A stretch of DNA of 63,206 bases, counting the filler, from Diploschistes diacapsis (lineage: Eukaryota), in assembly GCA_023645945.1 (NCBI GenBank). It is 15 parts of 15 records of this genome, joined end to end, with 100 filler letters (N's around TTAATTAATTAA, not from the genome) between each part and the next. Parts side by side here need not be neighbours in the genome. Positions count along the whole stretch, not along the records: positions 36,279 to 38,890 come from JALAIB010002139.1; positions 38,991 to 41,601 come from JALAIB010002140.1; positions 41,702 to 44,309 come from JALAIB010002141.1; positions 44,410 to 47,016 come from JALAIB010002142.1; positions 47,117 to 49,720 come from JALAIB010002143.1; 10 more parts are not named here. One strand, 5' to 3'. This document shows, one piece after another, positions 36,699 through 49,256 of this stretch. A program made the position numbers and the translations under genes. The notes under the pieces were generated by a model. That model made no database searches. It saw nothing but the letters and a program-made list of their open reading frames with translations, and was not told the origin of the DNA. Every line of letters begins with the position of its first letter. The stretch's first letter is position 1.

Positions 36699-38099
36699 GT
36701 TTAGAAGTCTTGTCCTAAGAAGTATTCTATTGTATAGACTTTTATCCTTCACGGTATGCGTTAAGCCCTACTGCCCTAACCGGTCTAGCTAGAATCCCAG
36801 CAGGTTCAGGAAGGAAGTTGAGCTGAACTGAACTTTCTAGTTCACTTAACCTAAATCTTCCGAAATTAGATCGAGACTGCCATGCCTTCTACCTATCCGC
36901 TCAACACTCCCCCACAAGCGGAACCATCCAGCATATCTAGTTTAACTGGATCTTTTAACCTAGGCCGAGTTTCCTGCCTCGAGTAGTATAGTAGCTTCGC
37001 ACGCTATTAGCGAGAAAAAATGAAAACAATCCGCTTATCGGATAAATTATTTTTTATCTTATTACCCTTTTTTTAATCGAATGGGTTCAGTTTAGTTCAG
37101 CCGAACTTCGATGATTATCGAAGGATATCGAAAAGATTTAGTAATAATAAAGCTAAATATCGATTATTATTAAGTATCGAGATAGTCCAGCGGCGATAAA
37201 GCTGAATATCGATGATTATCGAAAGGTCGAAAAGGTTCAGTAAAGGTTTAACTAAATTCTTAATAATTGTCGAAAGTTTCGACTAGATCTAGCAACAATA
37301 GGTAACGATATTATTAATTATTAAAGATTGACGAAGGGATTCGACTAGATCTAGTAACGAAGGTAGCGATGCTACTAATTATCGAAGATTGACGAGAGAT
37401 TTAAGTAAATCTAATAACGAAAATAACGGTGTTATTAGTTATCAAAAATTAACGAGAGATTCGACTAGATCTAACAGCGAAGATAGCGGTACTATTAGTT
37501 ATCGAAAATTAACGAAGAAGATCGATGGAGTTTAGCGTAAGAATTCAACTGAACTTCGATCGTTAACGGAGGAAGAGAAGGAGGTCGAAGGTTTTTCATT
37601 AGTTTGGTAGATAATGAATCCGAAAGCCAAGTACTTCTTATTTCAGCATATTTTTTATAATAATATATCTTCTATTTTTGGATCTATTTATTTTAAGATT
37701 TTATAATTTAGATTTTAAGATTTCGGATTTCTTCGACTTAAATTATTAAAATTAATATAATCGGTCCCGCGTTCATAATCGTATTAATTACCGAAAAGAC
37801 TTATCTTTAATATATTAATAATACGAAATAATTCGAATAATTTAATTCGGGTTTATAATCTATTTAATAACGTAATAAATATATTAAAGTTTAAAATTTT
37901 AATTTAAAAGATTATTTTGCTTTATAGACTTTTATTTACGTAAAATACGCTAAGTTTTATTATTTATACCATTTTTTAATCGGTTTAGTTAAAATTCCAA
38001 AAAGTTTAGTTAAACTAAACCTCGAAGTTCAGCTCAACTGAACCTCCTTCTGGAACTCAGTCGAACTCCCAGCCATACCTTCTGCCTGTCTACTCAACA
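36699..38099 (-). mobile_element. Short (~1.4 kb) non-autonomous copia-type LTR element: 5' LTR ~37861-38099, degenerate PBS, internal 60-bp repeats, PPT, 3' LTR 36699-36906
   Basis: Both LTRs begin TGTTGAG; GTGGGGGAG polypurine tract immediately before the 3' LTR; no room for pol. Confidence 0.7.
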
Positions 38100-38703
38100 A
38101 AAACGAATGATAAAATTTAAACGTTTCTTTTGTTTCGAAGATGAAAAAGACATCGCTGTCTTACGACTTGGGATTCTCTTTTATTTAATACTTATGCTTA
38201 TCCTTCGGTACTTGTCGGGCCGACAAAGTTAAAGAAGAGGGATAGTATTACGATTCAAATGACTAGATAATAGTCCACTTAGTACTTCATAATTGATCGG
38301 ATATCTTCTCAATCATTCCTTATATATAGTCCAATTATGGTGATACTGGTCACGTGATGAATAAAAAGCTTTAAAGGTTATTTTACCTTTCTATAGGTAG
38401 AACGGGAGAACGTTAATTTTATCTATCTATTGATTTATTTTACTAGAGAGTAGTTGGCTATATATAAACACCGCTATGGTTCCTATAAGTTGGGGCGTGT
38501 TTACTTTTATAAATATCTTTAGCGATTGTTCGAGATCAATTTATATTCGTTACTTTTTATTAACAGAAAGCAATCTTTTTAGAGATCAATACAGACCTGT
38601 AACCGATCTACTTCTTCTCTTTCCTATACTCCTCTTCTAACAGAGACTAAACCTACCTTGATCAATACCTCGTGTCTACCTTGTAGAGATAGAGATCATA
38701 ACA
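38100..38703 (+). mobile_element. Gypsy family-A 3' end: start of antisense ORF, PPT, LTR 38246-38703
   Basis: AAAGAAGAGGGATAG PPT, then TATTACGATTC...GATCATAACA; antisense ATG at 38153. Confidence 0.85.
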
Positions 38704-38890
38704 AATAACGGACACGCATAAAAATTAAAAGATCTTACTTAATAGATATAACGATATTAAATAAAATAACTCGTCTAAATCAACTAATAGGGTTTAATAT
38801 CAAGTAATAATCGGTAGTATTATACATATAATAATTTATATTAAACCAGATATTGCCTTCGCAATTAAAAAACTTAATCAATATATAAAT
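38704..38890 (+). mobile_element. Degenerate copia pol fragment (RT-RNaseH connection)
   Basis: YQVIIGSIIY...KPDIAFAIKKLNQY resembles copia YQSxIGSLMY...TRPDIAFAVxxLSQY. Confidence 0.65.
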
Positions 38891-39027
38891 NNNNNNNNNN
38901 NNNNNNNNNNNNNNNNNNNNNNNNNNNNNNNNNNTTAATTAATTAANNNNNNNNNNNNNNNNNNNNNNNNNNNNNNNNNNNNNNNNNNNNTTCCCCACCT
39001 TCCCTCCTCTCTAACACCCCATCGCAG

Positions 39028-39591
39028 CGCAACTTCTACCTTACCCTCGCCGCCATCCCCGTCTCCCTCGCCTTCTACAGCTTCACGACCTCGGACCCGA
39101 CCGCGCCGCCGCTCTTCACCCGCATCATCAACGCCTACTCCGACTACAAGGACGAATGGGCGCTGCGCAACACGCTGCATACGCACGCCATCGAGCAGGC
39201 AGCGTTTGATCGCAACTTGTTCCAGAATGAGACCGGGGCGCCGAGGTTGGTGGATTTGAGGTTTCCGGAGTAGGTTTTACCAGCCCTTCCCCCTCCTTTT
39301 TCACCCCGGCTTCCTCTTTTCTCTAGATGGAGAGACGAATTTTGCTCTACGCACATACCGGCTAAACGGTAACGGTGTCGGAGAGCTGGGCAGCAGGCTA
39401 CTTCTTTCGCCATACTTTAATGGTGAGCTAATGGTCGATATAGGGTTTTCAACACAGGCTCCCCTTACAACGTACCACCAGGCCATGCCGTGAACTTGGA
39501 CGCATTGATAGAACACTACAAGGAGAAGAATAGGAAGATGGTGGAACGGGTGGCGAATAAGACGGAAAGGCAGAAGTTGGCGGCGATGTGA
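39028..39591 (+). CDS. NADH-ubiquinone oxidoreductase 17.8 kDa subunit (5' exons missing); intron ~39270-39443
   Basis: FYLTLAAIP..., WALRNTLHTHAIEQAAFDRNLF, VDLRFPE|VFNTGSPYNVPPGH..NLDALIEHY. Not in the ORF track. Confidence 0.85.
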
Positions 39592-41388
39592 GGTCGCCGC
39601 ACATCGACAGGAGATGACGAGTGTGTACATATCTCGTTGAATGATGACGGCTAGGGACTGGAACCTTTAGGCTAGGCTCGCGAGAATGGGTGAGAAGGGG
39701 ATGATGCGAAATTATCAAGTATATTGACACCTCCATGCCACTTTCCATGCTATACTCTACAGTTGTTTACACGATCGCCCGCGCTCTGTTCGAAGCACCT
39801 CACAGCCCACCCCACCACGAGACCACTATGAAGAGGCCACCCATCCATATTCCCCATCCGGAACCCTTTTTGGGAGCCTTCCCAGGCGGCTCCTCCCATT
39901 CTCTCCTCCCCACTCTCCTTCCCTCGTCATCCACTACTGCCCTTGCCTTGGCCCCTTCCTGAACCCCAATCCTATTCCCTTCCGCGCCCTCTTAATCGTC
40001 TCTATCCTAAGAAATCCATTCCCCACCTCGCCCAACGCCGTTACTATCATTCCTCTTCCCCACTGGACCAGCACAGTACCACATTAACTGACACAACCAC
40101 CCAGCAAGAATGTTTCCGGGCCGGGGTACTCCCCAGCACTACCATGACGTCCCATCTTTCTCTCTTCCTTGTCCATCCTTTCAGCCTTTCACAAGTCCAG
40201 CTCCAACCATATACATATACCCGCGGCACAGGTGCCTTGCCTCCCAATCCAGCAACATGAGTTGAGAACGACAAGCCTCATATCATATCTTATTCACTAT
40301 TGCCGGGGAGTACTCCAGCCACGCCGCCATCATCACTACCATTATGCATACACACGCAGTTCTCGAAGGTTCCCTCCAAAGCTTCATCCAACCATAAAGA
40401 CACCCCCTTTATTGCACATTAACACCTCGCCAGCCTTTATCTGTATATTCGACTCCGACGCCGCCCAAAAAAAAAGAGAGATGGATTCCGCCCTCTGATC
40501 TCCGAGGAGAACGGACAAACCGCTTCAAACTTGCGCAGATGGCGAGAAGATGGCAAAAGGAGCTCGACGGGCACTGATACAGCCCGCCAGCCCGGAGACG
40601 GAGACGGAAACTGTTGCTGGAAAGCAGACGTCAAAGAGGTCGTTTAGGGGCGGAGCGCAGGGGTTGAATCCTTCCAACATCGAGACTACGAGTCCCTTCC
40701 CAACACTGCCAAGAACCAGGACTTAATGCGGGAGACGAAGGGCTTTGAAGAAAGAGATGGCGCAGATGAGAGAGAAGGATGGCAATGATGGATTGGGGTT
40801 ATCAAAGGTATAAAAGACGGGGGAAAAAGAGAGGGGCGGGATCGTAGCGATGGGAAAGAAAAAGCCGGATGAAGAAAATGCGACCCTTACCGATGCTAGA
40901 CGGCGCTTTCTAACCTCGGCGCCGCCCGGTAACTCTGTCGTGAGGATCTAACAAAAGGCCCGTGGCTAGGAAATTGGGTGATAGGAAAGCGCTCAAGCAG
41001 ATGGGCGCAAGGCGGGACGCGAGAATGGCTCCAAATGGAAGAAGACATGGTTCCAGGGCAACTGGTGAACGAACTATTTTATGTGAGTAATGTGCGTGAT
41101 GATACCGGATATGCACAGAAGAGAAAGTTATGTGCTGGACCATGGGGTCCAAGAACTTACCCGCGGTTGATGCTACCCTGTCAAGGATACAAGATGCGAA
41201 TATGCGAAAGGCATTTCCCATTTTGAAGGCTTAAAAAAGCATCTTCTCATTGGTTCAGCGGTTTTCGTACATGCACCTGGGTTTTGCCCCAGATGCTGGA
41301 ACCGCCCACCACGACCGCCGCGGCCGCAACTACTGACCGAATCTTTACGCACATCATTCCCATCGTCCAGTATGTATCAAGCAATACG

Positions 41389-41601
41389 TTATGTATAAAT
41401 ATCGATACAATACATAGCGTCCGTCCAATCCTCCTTCTCTCTAGCGATCCAGGTATCTAGCGACCTCTCCCCTCCTTCATTCTCCTCGGCGTTCCTCGAA
41501 TCCAAGTTCTCCCAATCGATTCTAGAGCCAGTCTTAGAAAGCAGCTGGGAGGCTTGCCGAACCGACAAACGACTCCCCATCCCGCCCTCATTCCCATGCC
41601 C
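41389..41601 (-). CDS. Probable 3' end of an unidentified gene entering from the contig end
   Basis: Frame is open from the contig end and reads ...LDTWIAREKEDWTDAMYCIDIYT*; composition looks coding, family not recognised. Confidence 0.4.
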   Translation of the reverse strand, partial: GHGNEGGMGSRLSVRQASQLLSKTGSRIDWENLDSRNAEENEGGERSLDTWIAREKEDWTDAMYCIDIYT

Positions 41602-41701
41602 NNNNNNNNNNNNNNNNNNNNNNNNNNNNNNNNNNNNNNNNNNNNTTAATTAATTAANNNNNNNNNNNNNNNNNNNNNNNNNNNNNNNNNNNNNNNNNNN
41701 N

Positions 41702-43177
41702 GTATAGATTCATCCGAATTAAAACCATTAATTAACGATAAAACATATGTAAAACATATAATTTCGGATACGAACCTATTTATAATAAATATATATCTTA
41801 CGATACGAAACTAAATAACCGTATAATCGAAACGAGTATCTAATATAGAGATACGGATACCTATAAGAATAAAAAAAATGCATACATCTGCGATAAAGAT
41901 ATTTAAGATAAATGGAAGTAATATTCCGCGAGATACACCTATAGCTCAGGATGATTTAAATGATAGAAAGCATCCTTCGGAAAGAATATCAGCTTTAGCA
42001 ACCACGTCGGCCCTAGATACAGACCGACGAGATCAAGTATCTATAAACGGACTAATACCAATATTTAAAGTTCACGATGTGGCACCTATCTAATATACTC
42101 GAAATGTATAATTACGAGAATAACAGTATAGACGTCGTGAGATTGTTAAACTGGTTAGACCACGCTTAGAAACGATAGACGTTAAAGACGTATTAATTAT
42201 AATTAAAATTATTATAAAGGAAATCTACGATAAACGTTATAAGATCTATTTTATAAAAGTTAAAAATTTTGCGATGTTACGTTTATATCGGAGATATAAA
42301 TTATTTATTGTAGTTAATATTAAGTTTTTCGTGTAGCTTATTAGACCTTTTAAGATCTTAAAACGCATTAATACATTAATTTATAAATTATAGTTACCGG
42401 ATCATTATTATATTTACGATATTATTAATATTGCGTACTTCGAGCCGGTATTAGATCTAATTAATAATCCTTATTACCGACGATTTTTACCGTCATTACC
42501 TATAACGATCGGGATCGACGAGGAGTACGAAATAAAACGACTATTAATTAAACGCCGGATACGTAAGGAACGTAAATAAAATACGTAGTATTTGATTCGA
42601 TGGTTAGGATATAATATTACCGATAATATATGAATCATCGAGCGAGAATTATAACGATATTTAGTAAACCGGATCGCCGAGTTCGAAGCGAGATATAATA
42701 CCGCCGTGGATGCAGGACTATAAAAGGTATAAAATTAGGGTTATGTTTACGAACTGGAAATAAGTTTGATGGAGAAGCAGAATTACCTTAAAGATAAGAG
42801 AAAAGGAAGTAATATAGAAGATATTATTAGGATATTTTAGGACTAAATATCGAGGATTTATCTTGTTCATTTGGTACTTATTTAGGATACTGCTTATGTG
42901 GACATAAGCATTTTGTGTCGGTGGATATTGTAGTAGCTGTTATGGCTACTAGCTGTTGCTACTGCTACTGCCATTGCTACTGCCACCAGGGGGGGTGTCG
43001 CTTGCACTTGCACTTGCTGGTGTCGTTAGTGACGCCATAGTGGATGCCACTGGGCATCCACCCATCTACTATAGCTATGGGCACCCACCTACCTATTGTA
43101 GCTATAAGGGCTCGCTGCCCTCAGTAGCTTTTGAAATCCATCTTCTACACACACTACAATTTGAGTCTATACTGACA
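41702..43177 (+). mobile_element. Gypsy family-B 3' end: degenerate integrase C-terminus, chromodomain, LTR 42929-43177
   Basis: RPFKILKRI..LIYKL*LP, then EEYEIKRLLIKRR..YLIRWLGY chromodomain; LTR TGTAGTAGC...ACTGACA. Confidence 0.85.
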
Positions 43178-43669
43178 TAAAGATATCTTTAAATAAATAC
43201 CGCTCTTCTATCTAACTGTATTTAGAAAAGTAAAATATAAAAAAATAGATCCCGGAACACGACTACGTCGAAAAAAAAATATTAAAAATAATAAAATTTT
43301 AAATATTTCAGTTGCCGAAAAAATACAGAACTATATTAAGATATAAAAATAACGAAATAAAAATTTCTTACTTATAAAACTTATATAAAGTTCGTTATAA
43401 GACAACGAACTATTGCGAAGAGGGATCGTATATAAACATAAAAATAAACCGCATACTTGATAGGGATAGTTCCTATAGGGCAGCTCCATTTAAGGAGGCC
43501 TGCTAGGTAACTCTAGAAAAAAGAATACATCCTATACTTCACAAATGTCCTACCTAGGTATGCTGTTGACTACGAAATCACACTACATTCCCCTACTACA
43601 CCACCTACGACTATCTACCTACTACAGCAAGGGAAGTCTCCCTAGACAGCGCGCCTTGTGTTTATATTA

Positions 43670-43826
43670 TATAATTAACTGCTCTTTAATAGAATAAATT
43701 AATAAATAGATAGAATTACCGTTCTCCCGTTCTATTTATAAAAGGATAAAATAGCCTTTAAGGCTTTCTACTTATCACGTGACCCGTGTTACTATGATTG
43801 GACTATATATAAGGAATGGTTGAGAA
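43670..43826 (-). mobile_element. Partial gypsy family-A LTR interrupted by the TIR element
   Basis: TCACGTGACCCGTG...GATTGGACTATATATAAGGAATGG shared with the other family-A LTRs. Confidence 0.75.
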
Positions 43827-44210
43827 TAGGCTGGCCGTCACTGACACTGACACTGACAGTGTCAGTGTCCGTGTTTTAGATTTTTTAGCTGCGGTGTCCG
43901 TGTCCGTGGATTCACGGAAGTGCAGTGTCCGTGTCAGTGTCAGTATTTCAGATTTTTTAGCTGCGGTGTCCGTGTCCGTGCTTTCACTATAATACAATAT
44001 CCGTGTCAGTGTCCGTGCCGAGAAAATTTTTACTACGATATCCATATCCGTGCTTTCACTATAATATAGTATCCGTATCAATATCCGTGCTGAGAAAATT
44101 TTGATTACGGTATCCGTGTCCGTAAATATATTACGATATAATATCCGTGTCAGTATCCGTGCCGAGAAAATTTTAACTACGATATCCCTGTCCGTAAATA
44201 TATTACGTGT
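43827..44210 (+). mobile_element. TAGGCTGGCCGT TIR element, left end with an expanded ~30/60-nt array
   Basis: Same TIR and repeat motif as 29001-29592. Confidence 0.8.
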
Positions 44211-44273
44211 CGGAATACTAACCTAAATAGGTTAGTCAGATTGCTTACTAAGCTTCTAGCATGTTTGAATATG

Positions 44274-44309
44274 CTGGAAGGTTCTAGAAGGTTCTAGAAG
44301 GTTCTAGAA
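44274..44309. repeat. (GAAGGTTCTA)n 10-bp tandem repeat running into the contig end
   Basis: CTGGAAG GTTCTAGAAG GTTCTAGAAG GTTCTAGAA. Confidence 0.9.
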
Positions 44310-44409
44310 NNNNNNNNNNNNNNNNNNNNNNNNNNNNNNNNNNNNNNNNNNNNTTAATTAATTAANNNNNNNNNNNNNNNNNNNNNNNNNNNNNNNNNNN
44401 NNNNNNNNN

Positions 44410-47016
44410 CTTATATTATTCTAATAGATAAATCAATGCGATATTAATACCCTTTATTATTTAATATACTTTTAGAGATTAATATAAAATCGTATTTAAT
44501 CTTTTTCTTCTTCCTATTTACATTTTTCTCCTATACGAGACCAAATTTACCTTAATCGATACCTCGTGTCTACGTTATAAAGATAAAGATTATAATACTT
44601 AAATATCCTTAAAAATAAATGTAACTAATAGCACGACCGGGCGATCGCCACCGATAACTAGATCCGTACTATTCTAAATCCTAAGAAAAGCGACCCCATC
44701 GGAAAAAAGGAATGTCCCTATAGCGGACACGGCGGAAACCAAAAATAACGATTCCGGAAATAACGATAAACCCGACGAAAATAACCCGCACAAAAAACCC
44801 ATTATAAAAACAGCAAGATTAATAACGTTCCACGAAAACCGCAAAAAACTAAAACACTAAATACTCCAACTCTCAATATACTTCTTTTAGAACCCGCACA
44901 TCATAGACGACTAAAGACAGCGAACCGTCTTCGCCGTAAGATTCATACGTAACCGCGCATTGACATAGATAAAACCCTATCTCGACGTATACTTAAAAAA
45001 CCAAAAAGATAGCTACGAAATATTTAAAAACTTCGCAAAATTTAAAAAATAAGTCCGACTAACCTTCGGTATAACCAACGATAAAGAATATACGATCCGA
45101 GTCATCAAAACAGTTAACCAACGAAGCTCAGCTTCAAAATACACGGCAAAATTTTAAGAATTCGCCAAACTAACTAAATAAAATAAAGAAACCTTAATAG
45201 AAATATACAAGAACGGACTTAAAAACTTAATCAAAAATAAATTCATACGCAATTAAAACCAGATTCAGAATCTATCGACCCTTTAAGCTAAAATAATTAT
45301 CATAAACGACCGAATATTTAATCGAAAACAAGAACGTCGCTTTAATCGAAACAAAACTATTAAACCAAAACTTCGTTACCGCACTAATTATATAAAGAAC
45401 ACACAAAATACACGACATATAGACACCGACGCCATAGATCTCGATACCTTAACTAACAGACCCCGTCCTAATCAGAAAAAAAAAACGAAAGGACTCAAAG
45501 GAAGACCTTCAGCCAAAGGAAAGAAATGCTTCGAATATGGCAAGATTGGCCACTTCGCTCGAAATTATAGATCAAGAAACAAAATCGATAGAAAAGACAC
45601 CCTAACAACGACAGATCAATATTTCAACGCAACTATCGAATACCTTACAAAGGAATGGCCGACCGACGGTTAATTTTGGGAGAAAATCACCACCGAATCG
45701 GACAACACAGCCTGACAGGGCGACACCGACGATTCAGCGGATAAAGACACCGAAATTACGCCTTTACTAATTATAACATCAAACGACGAACAGGTTTCGA
45801 AAAGCAACGATATTCTAAACAAAAATATAACGGAATATAGAGAAATAACTAAACTATTGTTATCAATAATTTAAACATGCTATCTAATCCCTAAAACTAA
45901 ATCGAACAATCAAGGACCCTTAAACAACAATCCTAACGAAGACACATCGTACGAATTTAACGTTAACGGTCAAATCATTGAACGATAAGAATACTTTTAA
46001 AAAAAAGCTCTCGTAATTAACGATAAGAATCATCCGGACCATAAACGACTAAACAAATACGGAGACTTCGAATGCAATTACGAAAGACATCGCGACGGGA
46101 AGTACGTCCTATATAACAAGCTAATAACCGATATAACCTTCGCACGGTATTACGAACACGTCTTATTAAATATTCAACATCAAAATTATTACTTTATATA
46201 CGACTATATCGATAAGAATTATAAAACGCATCTCTATAATATAGAAAAAAAAGAAAACCTAAGACCATCATTTATAAACGGAAAAAACGTTATATCAAAA
46301 GTTTATTTCGCGTACGAAACGTGCAAGAACGGAAAGTACGAATATCCACTATATTTAACACTTACGTTATCGCGAAACTGCCGAGACAACAATTGTATAA
46401 TCTTAATATATCACGATTAGAGATTCTGAGACGGTATAATTTAGAAATTAAGATTAACGGACGAAGACCCAATGCACCTAGTATACGTTCTATAAAGTTA
46501 CCGTTTCTGCAGGGCTGCAAACTGCAAATACCACGATAGAGGATTTTCTTACCCCATTAATAAAGACATTATAAAAAAAGCCAGAGCTTTTCAGTTGTGA
46601 ATCGAACTAAAGAACTATGCGCCATAGACATAAGTACTGACGCGCGGATTCAAATGCGGAGAATTTGAGCCGATTTCGAAATCGGATTAGATCGACAAGC
46701 TATACGGACATTAATCGATTTTAGTGCTACGATAAACGCCATCTTAATTACTTATACATAAAGATTAAAGATAAAGAATTGCGAATTAAAAAAGAAATAT
46801 AACATCGAAATCGTAATAGGACGTAACGTTATACGAATTATTAAACGTACGCTTCCGCTAATAATTAAAATCTTAAGGCATGTTAAGGAACTTATCTTCG
46901 ATATAATAAAAATAATCGTCTACGATGTTATTCTCGGAGATCTTTAGTTAAACATTTACAACCCGTTAATCAACTTCAAGACACGGACTTTCGATATAAA
47001 TAAATATACGTATATT
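44410..47016 (+). mobile_element. Gypsy family-A 5' part: end of 5' LTR (to 44597), degenerate gag with zinc knuckle, aspartic protease
   Basis: KCFEYGKIGHFARNY (CCHC with Cys to Tyr) at ~45524-45570; TLIDFSAT (DSGA-like) at ~46710; many TAA stops. Confidence 0.85.
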
Positions 47017-47116
47017 NNNNNNNNNNNNNNNNNNNNNNNNNNNNNNNNNNNNNNNNNNNNTTAATTAATTAANNNNNNNNNNNNNNNNNNNNNNNNNNNN
47101 NNNNNNNNNNNNNNNN

Positions 47117-48170
47117 GGGCGTAGTGGCGGGGTGTGAGGGGCTCGGCTTCGCTGTACGTCCCATCGGGAGCCATCTCGGGGGAGCCCATGGGCGGAGAGA
47201 TGGGGAGGTCGCGGATCGAGGAGCCGCGCTTCTTACCGAAGGAGCGGAAAGAGGCGAAGGAGGAGCGGGAGGAGTTGCGCGAGGGAGGGTTGTTGAAGGT
47301 AAGCGGTGCTGGAGCTTTCTTGTGCATGCGGCGTGGGGTCCCTGTTGATTCGCGAGAGGAAAGGGTGAGAGAGGTTGGCGAGCGCTGAATTTCATTTTCA
47401 GGCGGCGGAGAAAGGGGGTACCCTTGCTGCCGTGGGGCGTATCGGAGGTGTTGCAGTTCTGATGGGTTTTGACTGAGCAGTGAGGCCGGGACGACCTGAG
47501 ATTCGACCCTCCCTTGTGTACGCTCGGCGTCGTGCTCCGCTACTGCAGCGTAAAGCCTGTCCATTTCTATCTCATTCCTTGCCCTATCTTCCGAGATAAC
47601 CGATTCATCGAAGGTGAGAATGCTACTCTGTGTTGAATCTTGACGCCTGTGCTTTTTGATTGTGCTCCAGCTTCCCAACTTAGGAGACCAAGGGTTCTTC
47701 TTTGTAGGACTGCCAGGACTCGGGTCCCATGGATTGCTCTTTTTTGTAGGACTGACCGGGCTTGGGTCCCAGGGATCGACCTTGACCTCGCTAATCGGAC
47801 TTGGATTGAAGGCTTTGGGGAGAGACTCGGGCTGCACCTGCTTTACAGAGCCACGTAGGATTTCCATGTTGAGGCTTTTTGGAGAAGACTGTGCGCCACG
47901 ACGTAATCGACGACCGACTGTCAGTATGGCAATACCGACGAGTATGATCCAAACAAGGTAAGCCCCAACAATCGACCCAATCTGAATAGGCAGATATGCT
48001 GGGTCTCTAATAGCGTTCGCCGATTGCGCTGGCCCGTCCTCCGGGGACGGAGCTGGGTTGTTATCGATGTTAATAGTCCAGATACTGCCTTGAGGGGCCG
48101 CGGCAACCTTGGAAAGTTGAGCCCACTGTACAAGCGATACTGATAGCAAGAGTTTGAATAGGAGAATCAT
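47117..48170 (-). CDS. Uncharacterised fungal single-pass membrane protein (signal peptide, TM, Ser/Pro-rich tail), 3' truncated
   Basis: MILLFKLLLSVSLVQWA signal-like segment; PAPSPEDGP..ANAIRDPAYLPIQIGSIVGAY; TM followed by GRRLRR; long open frame. Confidence 0.8.
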
Positions 48171-49094
48171 GTTATACACTCCTGGTGCATGAATGAGCAG
48201 GCCTTGGCCAAATGAACAATCATGCAATTGCAGAGCTCTTGCGCATGTCGCCGGTATGAGGATGTGTTTGAAAATTCTCTTCTGGGCGGCTGCTGGATAT
48301 AAGAAAGTTGCGCGGAGGAGGGCGAGTGTCTTGCAGCGAATGGGCCGAACCCTTGCAGATCTGCCATTCTCATTGGAGGAGGGTGGGGGGGGAGCTTCGA
48401 GAGGGGATTCGCGACAGGAGCTGGTGGGAGGTGTGAATGGGGAGTGATGGCGTGATAGCGCATAACGGTGGGCGCTTACAGCTCTGATTCGAGCGAATCA
48501 CATCTTGTACTCTTCATTGTCTTCACGCCCGATCTGTCGGTTACCGAATGAGGGTTAGTCAGGGCAAGGATCTGGAGTCTGTCTGAACAGACTTCGCACA
48601 CTTCATCCAACAGCAGTAATTGAATGCACACGGTGCGAACGCCATTACCTGGAAATGCATGATGAGAAACGATGAAAAGCTGACAGACAACATCATGTTG
48701 TCACATCCAAATCACAAAGCTCTGCCCAAGGCCGCTTAGCTGAACAGCAAACTTGTGAAAGCTTCAAACCTATCGCGGCGTTTACTCGGACACCCATTGC
48801 AAGACCATGTCTGGATCTGGAAATTGCACGAGAAAGGGACGCCTAGATGATGCCTTCCATTTGGCCCCTACATATTCTCTGATCCATTTGTCGCTGTATT
48901 GACTTCATCCAAAAGAAATAACTTGTCGTTTCGCAAGCACCACCATCCGATCCATACCATCCATCCATCCGACACTGCTAGCAGCTGTTGCCCTTCTCCG
49001 TTTCGGACAGAGACACTTACCAAGCTGCTTTGAAGGAATATCAAGAGGGTGAGAGCAAAGCGGGAGATGTTTCGATAGAGAAAAGCTGCTTTTC

Positions 49095-49256
49095 TCACAT
49101 AACGACGCACTTACTACGTTTCTTGATAGGCTTCGCGCCGCCTCCAGAGCTTATTCCTAGCACCGCATGGGCCTTGTTCGACACTTTCTTTCCCGGCATC
49201 GGCGCCCTAGCAGGAAGGGGCTGCGGTTGTGGGGAGGGGCTGTATTTGGCAGGCAT
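49095..49256 (-). CDS. Candidate 53-aa prenylated (CaaX) small protein
   Basis: MPAKYSPSPQPQPLPARAPMPGKKVSNKAHAVLGISSGGGAKPIKKRSKCVVM*; below the ORF-track length cut-off. Confidence 0.55.
   Translation of the reverse strand: MPAKYSPSPQPQPLPARAPMPGKKVSNKAHAVLGISSGGGAKPIKKRSKCVVM

Noticed and set aside
43803..44081. 92-aa ORF with STDTD repeats
   Set aside because: Translation of the 30-nt DNA array, with no sign of coding function.
43827..44210. CRISPR-like repeat-spacer appearance
   Set aside because: The spacers are themselves repeated and only ~15 nt, the array lies inside a TIR element, there are no cas genes, and the DNA is fungal.
44598..44620. Self-priming PBS for gypsy family A
   Set aside because: No tRNA-type TGG PBS is visible, which would fit self-priming, but the sequence is too mutated to show complementarity to the LTR.
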